From Malacoraja senta (lineage: Eukaryota), in NCBI GenBank assembly GCA_038087875.1, contig CM075990.1:15192001-15256000 (forward strand): a stretch of 64,000 bases of DNA. Reading direction: 5' to 3'. Shown here in pieces: positions 11,253-24,027 of the stretch. The notes under the pieces were generated by a model. The model was not told where the DNA came from. It saw only the letters and a list, made by a program, of their open reading frames with translations, and did no database searches. Position 1 is the first letter of the stretch. Each line of letters starts with the position of its first letter. Position numbers and translations under genes: made by a program.

Positions 11253-13256
11253 GTGATCGGCAGTTTAAGATGTGTGCATTCTACCTTTTGTTTGCCCTCT
11301 ATCCATTCCTGATTAGACTCCAGGACCTCCTGCCTTCATTAACTTTCCTTCCCCAGTAGGCAATGATGGTTCAGAGGTCCCCCATGAACCTGTGAGGATC
11401 TTATTTTTGAGTCTTTGAGATCAACGTATCTCCTGTGTCTTCCAGTCAATCTCTCCCTGTAGTGGAATTCACGCTAGATTAATTCTCAGCAGAAAATTGC
11501 AGGTGCCATAAATCAGAAATAAAAAATGGAAAATGCTGGACACACTCATTAGGTCAGGCAGCATTTGTGGAGAGGGTAGCAGAGTCTGAAGAAGGGTCTC
11601 GACCTAAAACATCATCTATTCCTTTTCTCCAGAGATGCTGTCTGACCCGCTGAGTTACTCCAGCATCTGCAGTTCCTTCCTACACGTAGCAGAGTTAATG
11701 TTTAAGATCAGAGACCCTTTATCAGAAATGGGAGAAAGATGGTTTTAAGTTGCAGAGAAGGTGACGAGAACAATGGATAGGGAAGGGGGAATATCTGTGA
11801 TAGGGTGGGGTCAGGTAAAAAATAAGTTAATGAGAGTAGTTAAGAAATGGCTACACTTTGTCTGTGGTATGTATTGCCAATAGCGGGCCTATGGGGCAAT
11901 ATTAAAGTGCATGTATTAGAAGGGAATGAGTCTTTTGTAAGCATCAGCAGAATATTGACGTTAACTACACTTTCAGATTGTAATATTGTTAATAGCTCAT
12001 TTTTTAAATAATTTGTCTGATTGATGATTTCAGTCTCCTCCTCCTCCTTTGGTGGTTCCTCAGCATTGAGGGTGACCTACTATTTTGGTCCTGAGATGAC
12101 TGATGAGGACAGTGTGGGAACCACAGATCACCCACTGACAGGGCAGGAGGTGACTGATGGAATGGGCAAATGGCCATATACCAACATATGCATGCAAGAA
12201 TGAGATTCAGGAACATGCCTTTTCGCACTCGAAGCCCGTTCTGCTTCTTAATAAGATCGTGGCTTCTCTGATTGTAATCTCTTTTCACATTCCTATCAAC
12301 TCTCCCTTGTTTATCAAGACTCTTTTTCACTGCCTGAAAGAACGCTTCCTTCAACGTATTAAACTTATTTCTGACTCACTCCCAATCCTTCAGAAAGAAA
12401 ATGTTGATACAAGGAACTGCGGATGCTGGTTTATACCAAGGATGGACACAATGTGTTGGAGTAACTCAGCGGGTCAGGCAGCATCTCTGGTAAAAAAGGA
12501 TAGGTGCATTTCAGTGAAGTAGCAACATCACAGGCACATAAACTCAGACAACATACAAAAACATAAATGGCACATATATTCTACAAGGCAATGTAAAGAA
12601 CATAACTGCAAAAAAAAAACATGAGTACACAAATACACAATTCAAACACAATTATTATCAGTCTGTAGAAGTCTTCTGACCTGACATATTGCCTATCCAT
12701 TCCCTCCACAAATGCTGCCTGGCCTGCTCAGTTCCTCCAGAACTTTGTTTTAATCAAGATTGCAGCATCTGCAGTTTGCAGCATCTACAATTAGCATCTC
12801 CCATGCTGGTGCATATAGCCCTCTTTAAAACTGGATGGAACTGTGACTAATGTAGTTCAGGACAATGACACCGGGTCAGACACACAGAGACAAGGTTGGT
12901 CCTGGACAGATTTCCTTTTGCCCAAGAACGTTTTGATACATCTCTGTGATTTTTATTTTGTTTGCTGTTGTTTTATAACTCGTTCATTGCTGCAGTTTTC
13001 CTCTGTTCACACCATCTCCAGTCTCAAGAAGGGTCTCAAACCGAAACGTCACCCATTCCTTCTCTCCAGAGATGCTGGAGTCCTGCTGAGTTACTCCATC
13101 ATTTTGTGTCTATCCTCTGAAAGGGATATCTGCTCAAAGATTTTTCCCAGTTATTAGTGTTTTCTGCCAGGAAGTGAAAAGGCAAAGAAGTGTAATATAT
13201 TAAGATATGTATTATGGTTTATTGCAACATTATAGTCATTATTGAAGATAATATAT

Positions 13257-13750
13257 TTATAATGGCAAAGGTATGCTCATTCAAATTTGTTTGCTTCAGT
13301 GAATTTGTTTTTAATTAAATAATTCTTTTGAAAAAATATTCTTGCAGTCAACTTCAGAGCATGCTATTTAATGTTTAGAGTCCTGCAATTATTAAAGAAA
13401 ATAGTTTTTGCAATTATTCATTTATATTAGCTGCTTTTGACTGATGACGGTAAAATCTTGTGTGGATTTGTTTTGTGAGTTTAAGGCAGTGACGGTCGTC
13501 AAAGGGATAAGTTGTATATTTTCTAGATTTTGGGCTCTGTTTGTGAGAACTTGTGCATCTAAATGACAGCATTATGTTTTCAAGGACATTATTTATTGTG
13601 GGTAATGTGTGGTAGTTTCTAAATGGGACCTGGGTGCAGTAATTTTCCATTCTACGATTAGCTGCGACTGACCCACTACAAAGTCAAAAAAAAGTTACAA
13701 CATGCGATTGCTTAACTATCTGCTAAGTGAGCATACCTTTGCCATTATAA
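13257..13750. repeat. Segment bounded by a perfect 23-bp inverted repeat (unclassified MITE or paired elements)
   Basis: TTATAATGGCAAAGGTATGCTCA at 13257-13279 and its exact reverse complement at 13728-13750. Confidence 0.7.
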
Positions 13751-14899
13751 GTCTTTAGCAAATGTTTCTATCACAATTATCTTAAAATGGATCCACTGGG
13801 TATGCAGATTAGATAGGATATACTTCAGGAATGTCTAAAACTTGAAAACTCACCTTTATAAAATGCTTAACAGTCTCTGGATCTGAAATTCTGTTAGGTG
13901 TATCTTGTTCAGTCCCCTCACGGATTAGCAAAGTGTAGATATCCACATGGAAGAATTTGTTAAATCTATATTCTAAAGTTCAATCATGTGAGGAGGGGAA
14001 GAGATACAATAGACATGTTCTGCAGCATCTATTTGCTATTTATGCCTTTTGAAAAAACACCAAAACGATTGCAGTAAATATGCATATCTTATTTATGTGC
14101 GAATGCTCCACAGTGCATGTGCTGATCTATAATATTTGGGCAAAGAATAACAGAATGAACACTACTGAGTGATGGAGTGCTTATTTTCCTTGAAACAAAT
14201 AAATGTTGCACAGAATCAGTGATGCTGCATTTATCATTGCACTTGAGAGCTTCGCAGCAGGTTCTTAAAACACATAAACTGTTGCAAATGGGGTGCTCTA
14301 TTTTGTTAGGCATTCTTGTGTGCAGGGGAGAAATTATTGTTTTAATCTGAAAAATTTATAACTATAGTTTGTAAGTATGGCTCAGCCCGTAATGTTGCAT
14401 TATGTTAAGTCTACAATTTGAAAATACCGTGTTTATGCAGCTGAACAGAACACTTTTTTCCAACAATGGTAGCAAATCAATAATTGCATCATAGATCAAG
14501 TGCTTTATTCTATTTATTTAATATATACATTTAGCGTAACCAGATTGTAAAGTGTTTAGATACTTTTGTAACACGCTTTATATATTTTTTTTGTGAGATG
14601 TAAACATATCAAGGGAAAATCAATATTCATCTTTTCAACACTTGCACTTCCGTTTAATTGGATCTAAGCATTGCTGCATCATTAGTTTAAATAGTTAGAA
14701 TTATGACTGTAAGAGACTTTAAATGCTATTGAGTTATTTTAAAACCAAAGTTAAACTCCACCAAAAATATCGATAGATAGGGATGTGATTTAAGTGCATA
14801 GGTCTCTGTGCAATTAAATTAAAAAAAATCTTTGAGTAAATCTCAGAACTACTTGAGATTTCCAGAGGAGATTATTAGAAAAATACATTTAAATCAGTC

Positions 14900-15142
14900 T
14901 AAATGTGTAGGAAGGAACTAGATGCTGGTTTAAACCGATGATAGACACAAAATGCTGGAGTAACTCAGTGGGACAGGCAGTATCTATGGAGAGAAGGAAT
15001 GGGTGACATTTTGGGTCGCGACCTTTCTTCGGACTAGTCGGGGGGAAAGGGAAATGAGAGATATACACAGTGACGTAGAGAGGTATAGAATAAATGAATG
15101 AAAGATATGCAAAAAAGTAAGGATGAAAAATGAAACAGGCCA
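14900..15142 (-). mobile_element. Penelope-like terminal repeat / 3' region
   Basis: Same sequence family as 2316-2560, 34752-34985 and 41845-42078; decayed hammerhead core. Confidence 0.8.
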
Positions 15143-16084
15143 AGCCAATGCACATGACTGCATTCATTTCAAGCGGCAATTTAAGATATCTGTGTGAACT
15201 TTAAATTGTGGAGTTACTCAAACTAACTGCTTGTAATTGATCAGTTAGGTTCTGCACATCATAAGCATATTGACTGAATGCTGCCACAACTTGAGATACT
15301 TCTCTTCATCACCAAGATACCTCATGACTTAGACTAGTGCAGAACAGAAGGTGGTTCACTTGACCTGTCATGGTGTTGCCAGCTGTTTGAAGGAGATGTC
15401 CAATTTAGTCCCACGACCAATCTTTTCCCCACAGACCTGCAAATGAACGCCCTTTGAGTGTCAAGTTGCCTTTCAAAAGTTAATGCAGAATCTGACTGAA
15501 CCACACTAACCTTTGAAGTGTCTCGACCCGAAACGTCACCAATTCCTTCGCTCCATAGATGCTGCCTCACCCGCTGAGTTTCTCCAGCATTTTTGTCTAC
15601 CTTTTATTTTGTGCAAATCAGTTGTTGCAAACGTTTGGAGTTTTCAACAATACCCTCTCCCCTTCTGGCAATCTATCAGTTTGGGGGTAAATTTGACTGC
15701 GTTGGTTTAAAGTTATTATCATTCTGTGTGTATAGTAAAAAAAAAGTATGATACAGGGAGCATCTTCCCTATGACTGGATAGACCAGAACTGCGCATGGC
15801 TATCTCAGGGAATGGGAGATGTCGTATAGACCAGAGATGAAGAGAAGTTCCTCGCCCAGAGCACGAGCAGAGACCTCCTTCACTGCTCTCTCCCACACAA
15901 AGCAGTGAAGGAGGTCATTATGTTTGGGAATGAGGTAGATACATTTCTACCTCGGGAAGATAAGGTAGATAAATTCTGAAGAAGGGTCTTGACCCAAAAC
16001 GTCACCCATTCTTTCCCTCCAGAGATGCTGCCTGTCCCGCTGAGTTACTCCAGCATTTTGTGTCCATCTTCGATTTAAACCAGC

Positions 16085-16678
16085 TATAGGAGCAAAGAGG
16101 TCCTTCTGCAGTTGTACAGAGCCCTAGTGAGACCACACCTGGAGTATTGTGTGCAGTTTTGGTTCCCTAATTTGAGGAAGGACATTCTTGCTATTGAGGG
16201 AGTGCAGCGTAGGTTTAAAAGGTGGGACTGTCATATGTTGAGAGAATGGAGCAGCTGGGCTTGTACACTCTGGAGTTTAGGATGAGAGGCGATCTCATTG
16301 AAACATATAAGATTGTTAAGGGCTTGGACACGCTAGAGGCAGGAAACATGTTCCCGATGTTGGGGGAGTCCAGAACCAGGGGCCACAGTTTAAGAATAAG
16401 GAGTAAGCCATTTCGAACGGAGACGAGGAAACACTTTTTCTCACAGAGAGTGGTGTGTCTGTGGAATTCTCTGCCTCAGAGGGCGGTGGAGGCAGGTTCC
16501 CCGGATGCTTTCAAGAGAGAGCTAGATAGGGCTCTTAAAAATAGCGGAGTCAGGGGATATGGGGAGAAGGCAGGAACGGGGTACTGATTGGGGATGATCA
16601 GCCATGATCACATTGAATGGTGGTGCTGGCTCGAAGGACCAAATGGCCTACTCCTGCACCTATTGTCTATTGTCTATT
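16085..16678 (+). mobile_element. CR1/HER1-type LINE 3' end nested in a Penelope terminal repeat (15976-16700)
   Basis: ORF 16222-16587 (...[16 protein letters not shown]...RVVCLWNSLPQRAVEA...GYGEKAGTGY*). The host repeat is split at CCAGC|ATCTGCAG. Confidence 0.92.
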
Positions 16679-17230
16679 ATCTGCAGTTCCTTCCTGGATA
16701 CATTTCTTATTGCTAAAGGCATTAAAGGGTAAGGGTGGAAGGCAGGAAGTGATTACTGGAAGTGAATGTTCTGCCCTGATTGTGTTGAATGTCGGGGCAA
16801 GCATGAAGGGCTCAAATAGCAACACTCTCTTGCTATTTTCCGTATTTCTAAGTATAATGTTAGAGTGTGAAATTTAAATACTGCAGATGTTGCAAATGTG
16901 AGGTAAATACAAAGTGTTGCAAACCCTGCAGGGCAGGCAGCATCTGTGAAAAGAGAAACACCTTTAACATTTCATAATCTGGGCCTTTTATCAGATATTT
17001 TTCAATCTCCATGTTCTCCTGTGCATTTGCAATGATTTCTATTGATAAGATCTTAAGTGTTGTTGTTGTTGCTGATCTCCATTATAGGAAAGCAGAATCC
17101 TATAATCCCTTCCTCCCCACTCTGTCCCCTACTTTTGGACTTCTGAATTTGCATGGGTATCTGCCTCACTTGCTGCAATTAAGTTTTTCATTGTTCCTTT
17201 GTCTGTACACATTAAACAAATAGCTTTTTA

Positions 17231-17543
17231 CTTTTAGCGATACAGCATGGAAATGGGCCCACCAAGTCCACGCAGACCACCTGTCAGCCCTTTCACACCA
17301 ACTCTATGTTCTCCCACTTCTACACCCACTCCCTACATACTAGCGGCAATTTATAGAAGCCAATTAACCTGCAAATCCGCCTAGATTTGGGATGTGGGAG
17401 GTAACCGGAGTACTTGGTGGAAGCCACGCGGTCACAGGGTGAACGTGCAAACTCCACAAATACAGCGCCTGAGTTCAAGGTCGAACTCGGGTCTGTGGCA
17501 CTGAGAGGCATTGGCCCTACCACCTGCACCTTTGTGCTGCCCT
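17231..17543 (-). mobile_element. V-type SINE (older)
   Basis: Diverged reverse-strand copy of the 573-870 family. Confidence 0.75.
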
Positions 17544-20500
17544 TTGAGTCCCAAGAGCGAGTGCAACAGTACGAGAAAAACCAACATTTCCGTGTGGAAG
17601 TGGACTCAACAAAGTTCAAGTCAATGGAAATTACACCAAAACTGGAGATAAGCCACAGAACTTGTGACAGTTTTACCCATATATATTTGCAGGTACAAAC
17701 TGAACAGCTTTCTGCCAAAGGAGCCTATAAATATTTTGTTTGCTGTCACAATAAAATCAATGTGATGCAAGTTTCAACAAACTCCTGCCATCTCCACTTT
17801 GAAGTGATCTGTTAAATTGCGATGAAAGCTAAAACCTGCATAGAAGGTTATAAATTCCTCATTGCAGTAACTGGAATATTTTAGTCATTTGTTCTTCTCA
17901 GACAACTAAGATTGAAGTGGTTCAGTGTTCAGTTTTGTGTTCCATGCAACATTTCCAACTTGTTGTCTCCCTTCTCCATTAATGCAGGATTGTCATTTTA
18001 GCCCTGTAACACAGTTATTACAGTTGTTTTTCTTATTAGGTCATAGAATTTTAAACTGGTATTTCAAACATTATTGTTTCATTAGTTTTAAAGTCATGCT
18101 TCTGAAACTGACAGTGATTTTTATTAGCTGCTGGTTTGCCCACATTCGTGAAACATTGTCTTGCATAAATATACAAAGGCGGCATAAAAATACTCCAAAC
18201 ACTATTTGGATAATATTTTATTCCATAAATGTTCACTGTTATCTTGACACTTAATATTATGACAAATACAGGCATTCTATCACATCCGTCTCAAGCCATC
18301 AATATTTATGGTGTTTTCTCTCTTTTTTTATGAGTTTTATAAACTCCCCAGCTACCACTCCTTGGTTGGGGAATGTAAATGCAGCAGTTGTGACTACAAT
18401 CAAAACATCACTTGAGGAGCAATCATTATTTAGAATGAATTCCCCTCGTATCTATTCTGGAATTAATTGTGTCTTCACAGTCATTTGGGGTTTCTGATTA
18501 GGTTTTGATTTTTTGTTTGACTGACAGAAGCTGTAGTTCCAAAACTGAAATAGAACTCATTTAATTTATTGACGGATAACTTTTGAAGGTTTTATCAGTT
18601 CCTATTCCTGCAATACAACTAGATCCATAGGGCTATTATACCCGTATTAACTGTGGTAGTTGCAACAGTCCTGGACAATGTTCGTAGCACTAATGTTCAA
18701 CGCTACTTGTAATGAGAAAATGTTGAAAGCACTGGGTTTATCTTCCAGCCCTTCTAAATACAGTTCACTTACTTCTTGATGGATTTTTATTCCAAGAATG
18801 TTATTAAGCTTCGATGTGCACTAAATTTGCAATTACTTTTCAGCGCAAAGTGCTGCATATTGTGCCACTTAAGTTTTAGAATTGCGTTCTTTCCATAATG
18901 CTGCAGTTGTGTGGAACTCCATGTGTAGAATTCCCCGCTGAGCTATTTGTGCCTGTTGGCACTCACTCTTTGTTAAGATACAAAATAAGTTCTTTTAGCT
19001 AACTCGGTTTTGGCACCGTTGACATCTGAGCATTGAAAGCTCCCTTTTTGGTCCCCCTTCCCTGCATTCATCTTTTTCCCATACAGTTTCCTGTCCGACT
19101 GTAGTGTATTTTGTTCCCCCCAACAAATGTGTGTTTTCAGACTCTTTGACCTCATCATCTGCAAAGTCAAAGTGTTAATAAAGCTCTGCAGACATCATAA
19201 TGACAGGGTTAAATTAAGTCTTCATGTGCTGTCCATTAAGTGGAATCTCTTGTTTGTCACATTGAGCAGTTATGTGGATGTATCAAGTCTTGTTTGTGGG
19301 CATCTGAGCAGGCACGCTTTGTCTCTGTTCATCATACCGGTTAATTCTTTCCCTCAAGTCATTAATCATCACCTCAACTATTTATACCAATGGCAAGTAT
19401 AGCTAACACTGTTAATGTTCCCTTTTGTCTCCTGTTACTGTCTGCTCTACTGTTGATTACAGATCCCTAAATTCTGTTTGCTCTCAAAAATCAGCAAAAT
19501 AGTGAACGTTGGCCCATTTTCAGAATAGTGTTAAAGTGGTTGAAAGCCCCTGATTTATGCATTCATGATGATACTATTTGCACCTGAATGGCAGGTACAT
19601 CAACATCTCCTTGTTACCGCGGCAAAGAGAGACAGTCGTGTCTTTGTTCTGCACCCAACCCACTTGGGACTTGGCAGATCGTTGATGGATATTATTATTT
19701 CTGATGGCAATAAAAACGTGTGGTGCCAAAGTAGAAAGCTCTCATATTTTTCTTTTCTGAGCGTCGAATCACTTAGTTTAGTTTCGAGATATTTCAGACA
19801 TCTGAGGAGCAGGGTTCTGAAATCCCAGCGTAAACAAGTTTAAAATTAATATCATCATCAGTTGCTGAAATGCAATGAAAACAGTGGCTCGGCCGGTAAT
19901 TGAGAAGCATGTGGCTCTGTTAGCAGGTGATGGGAGACAGACACACCTGACAGACAGTGTGACAGAGAGCAGAGACAGGGCCCCATCCAAGCACTCTCTC
20001 AGCCAGAGTGATGAGCCCTCTGGAACACAAATTGTGAATTATCAGAGGGCGAGATGAGATGAGGTCAGGGAAGGCTGCCAGACAGTGTATAACATGCTAC
20101 ACATTTCTTTCAGCACTTAGTATTCCACCATGCAAAGCCCTCACTATTAAGCACACAGAACAGCTTATATCCTGCAGTGGGATGATAGATATGTCATATC
20201 TCTGAAAAATTGTTTTTCTTCTGCAGGTGTATGGATTTTTTTGTTGTAAAAGGCAGACGGAACATATGACACATTTCAACACCCTTTCCAATCGCGGTTT
20301 GGCGTCCAATCTCCATCAAAGGAGGAATCTTTCACTAGCAATTATAGCACAAAATAAAGGTGATGAAGTGTTGTGTACAAAGAAAGCAGAGATCAAAAGG
20401 CTGCAGTAAAAACTGATTACAATAAAAATAATCCATCCACGACCATGGGAGATCCAAAAGTCCGTAAAATCGTTGCCTTTACAGAGCATTTTCTGTAGCG

Positions 20501-21542
20501 CCTCAATAGTCTTGGAGAGGAATACAATAAATAGGAATTAAAAGAAACGGCAATACTTACTGGAAATTCAAGAAGTTATATTTTCCTCTGGGAATGGTTA
20601 TTTAAATCAAAGGAATAGCGCATAATGAAACTGAAGCCCCAAGATTCCAGCCTTCGAATGACTGTTACGTTTTGTCCATTCACAAACCGTGATACAGAGG
20701 AACAAACTGAGTGTGAACAGATGGATTTCATTCAAAGATGTAGTAAACTCATTGGAAAAATTATTTCCAGAGTAACTTGATGCAAATTATCTGACTTTCG
20801 TCTTCCTTTAACAGCCACGTGACAAAAGCAGAAATTTTAGGAAGGTTCCTGCTAGTTACGTTTTTAATTAATATAGTTGTTCAGTGGAATCATTAATAAC
20901 GAATGCACATTTCAGACAGAATTGATCTTTGCTGCTACTGAAATCAAAAGGTGTGCAACATTATACACTATTGACAGTCGTGGGAATGTGTTAATCACGG
21001 AAGGGTTACATGTTCGCACAGAACACGCAACCCCTTCATTCTGAGGACCAGGATCAAACTCTTGTGATGATTTGATCAAATTATTTACCAATATGCAGCG
21101 TGCCAAATTTCATACTGACTGAACCCCTCCACGTGTTAATGTACTTGGAGGTTAGAATGAAAGTTAAAGCTTGTTGCGTTGCCGCCAAATGATTTATTGC
21201 ACTCGTTTATTAGAGGCAAAAAGTGCAGGTGAACGAGTTTTGTTAGGTTGTGAGTGGTTGAGCCCATTTCCTGAACATGCCACTCTCTGTTCCTGGTTCC
21301 TGTCTGTCTTTAACTGCACTCGGTACTTGCTTTCCCCGGCCTCATCTCTTTCCTTCTTGTCCACCCTCGATTCATCCTTGGTTACCTCCACCATCCTTAT
21401 CTGGGCTGGTGGACCTCTGCATAAGCGAGGTGTCCACACAAGGCATGGCCAGATCTCAATGGTTCCACTGAAGGCTCTTGGACATCCTGCAAACCTTTGA
21501 CAAAAGATAGACCTGCACGTGAAGCTTTTGTCTTCTGCCACA

Positions 21543-21850
21543 GTTTAAGTTTTATTTTAGTTTACAGGTACAGGGTGGAAGCAGGCCCTTCAGCTCACTG
21601 AGTCCGAGCCGACCAGCGATCACCCGTACTCTTGTTCTATCCTGCATACTAGGAACAATTTTTGTAGAAGCTAATTAGCCTACAAACCCACACGTCTTCA
21701 GAATGTGAGAGGAAACCCGAGGACCCAGAGAAAACCCACGCGGTCACAGGGAGAACGTACAAACTCCGTACAGACCGCATCCGCAGTCAGGATCAAACCC
21801 GGGTCTCTGGAGTTGCAAGGCAGCAACTTTACTGCTGTTCATTGTGCCAT
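21543..21850 (-). mobile_element. V-type SINE
   Basis: Reverse-strand copy with a (CTAAA)n-type tail. Confidence 0.85.
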
Positions 21851-22984
21851 CCCAGGGCTGTAGTCTAAAAGATTTTATATTCTTTATGGACTTCAAAATA
21901 TAATATAACTAAAACATATAACACAAAATAACTTAAATATAAGGAGATTAAGCAGTAAAAGATGTACTTTTTTTATGAAACATCCAGATCGGGGATTTTC
22001 TATTACGTTTTGATAGGGTTGGAGAGGCAGGTTCCCAGAACCTCACTAAGACGGGACTCTGCTGTTGGACTTCATATGGAGTCGGAAAGACAGATGCACA
22101 CCACAGCCCAGGGTTGCAGTGGATCTGTGTAAATCCAGGACTTGCACGGGGCCAGCTGACTGCAGACAGTTCCCATTGAACTCACCGACACAGCTTGCAT
22201 AGTTCAGGCCAATACAACCCGGTACTATTTGTACATAACACATATTTTTCTGTTGACACCAAGCTAGCTCGCCAGCTGGTTTTCACAAAGATTTATGATG
22301 GTCAAAGGGATAAGAATCCATGAAGTGCATCACAGATGGATGTTGAGATAGGGAATTAATGGTATAAACATTAAACACAGAACTCACAGAATGAAGAAAT
22401 GGCCTCAGCCATTTGCAAAAAATATCCCTCAAATATATACATTAACATCAAAGTCTGTCGTAGCTGAATGCAATTCAAAGTCATTTAACTAAGTTCAACA
22501 AAGACATCCACAAGTTACAGAAAACATTTGCACTGCTGTAGATGGATTTAGGCACATGAGGAGTAGATATATATGGAATACATCGCAGTCCTTAATGCTG
22601 TGTTAATTTAACACTGTAAACAAAGGTCTGAATGAACTGTAGATTTGATGAAACAGAATTGAAGGTTCGGAGACTAATTATAGGTTGAGCTGAATGATTT
22701 CTGAATGGAAACCCAAAACATCTGGGACTATGGAAATGGGACACCAGGGACAGAAACTCATCTTAGATAATGAAGGACTAAGTACAGTAAGTTTCGATAA
22801 ATGTTGTTGATTGTATTTTGATCTACAATCTGAAAGTGTGGGCAAGGACAATCTTTGCAGAACGTTATATCAAGCGACTATGTGAGGTGAGGGAAAATTA
22901 TATTTAGTGTTGGAGCTTCTGTGAATGATAATGTATAATCATGCAAATGTTATTATAACTAGGAAGTATTTACATATCAACAGT

Positions 22985-23081
22985 AGGTAGACACAAAATG
23001 CTGGAGTAACTCAGCGGGACAGGCCGCATCCATGGAGAGAAGGAATGGGTGACGTTTCGGGTCGAGACACTTCTTCAGACT
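22985..23081 (-). mobile_element. Penelope-derived short repeat with hammerhead core (23051-23078)
   Basis: Minus strand CTGAAGAAGTGTCTCGACCCGAAACGTC: core intact, one stem II mismatch, GUC triplet. Confidence 0.75.
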
Positions 23082-23999
23082 ATGAGGAAAATCAGTTGTT
23101 TCCCGTGCCTGATCCTCGAACTATTGATCATTGCTGGAAAGTGTGAAGAAGTTAAACAGCAACAGTGCCTTTGAATGAGCAATATTCATTTGGACACTTC
23201 ACAGAAAATTCCTCAAACAAAATTCTAACCGAGTCACGAAAGGACATTTTATAAAAGTTAACACGAAATCGTGGAGATGTTGAAAATCTGAAATGTTCAG
23301 GTCAGGCAATGTGTGGCGAGTGATACAGAGCTACTGTTTTGGATGGATGGCCCGAAGCTTGCTCGAAGGGATGGGTGAAAAGAAATGTCTTAAGGAAGTG
23401 TGAGAGAGGGGTGAGAGGTTTAAAAAATGAAGTTCAGGACTTCGGATCTCAGCTATGCAAGGCACAGCATTGATGAAGCAGTTAAAGTTGGGGGTGCACT
23501 GGAGGCCAGAATTGGAGACACTGATGTACCACTTAGGTAAAGAAACAAGTTTGAATAGCCTACTAATTAAGCTGTATAAATAAGGGAGCATTAGCAGAGT
23601 TGGTGTTTTCGGGATGAAAAAATAGGTATTTTGTTTTACCTTTGGCATGTTTCCTTGTTTCTACAAAACACTGCAGAAGCTAGAGTCTAACTCAGGACAC
23701 AAGTTTCCCATTTTGCACTAGAGGGTCAACTACCGCAGAATCTTTAGATGGCCACCCATTACTCCCACTAAGCCACCCCGTTTTCCCCTTTCCCCTATCC
23801 CTTTCCACCTATATCCCTTTCCACCTATATCCCTTTCTCTGACTGCACATTTTACACTACTCATTATCTTTCAACCTTTTTTCCTTCTTTTTATCTCTGT
23901 TCTGTCCACCCTGCTCATCCATATCCACCTAACACGTGCCATGTTTTGCCTGCCCCCACCTCTTTTCCAGCTTTCTTCCCCGCCCCTACCACATTCAGT

Positions 24000-24027
24000 C
24001 TGAAGAAGGTTCCCGACCTGAAACGTT
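24000..24027 (+). ncRNA. Minimal hammerhead motif in an older Penelope-like 3' region (about 23770-24115)
   Basis: CTGAAGA-AGGT(TCCCG)ACCT-GAAAC-GTT. Confidence 0.6.

Noticed and set aside
20227..20409. Possible plus-strand exon after TTTTTCTTCTGCAG
   Set aside because: Good acceptor but weak donor and an unrecognisable translation.
21194..21541. 115-aa minus-strand ORF with a charged stretch and an acceptor-like site near 21487
   Set aside because: No recognisable protein family and no partner exons; cannot be supported without RNA-seq or homology.
21490..21545. TTCACGT on the minus strand as another HDV-like L3
   Set aside because: No P1 or P2 complementarity around it; other isolated TTCACGT hits (near 7454, 9967, 40451) also lack the fold.
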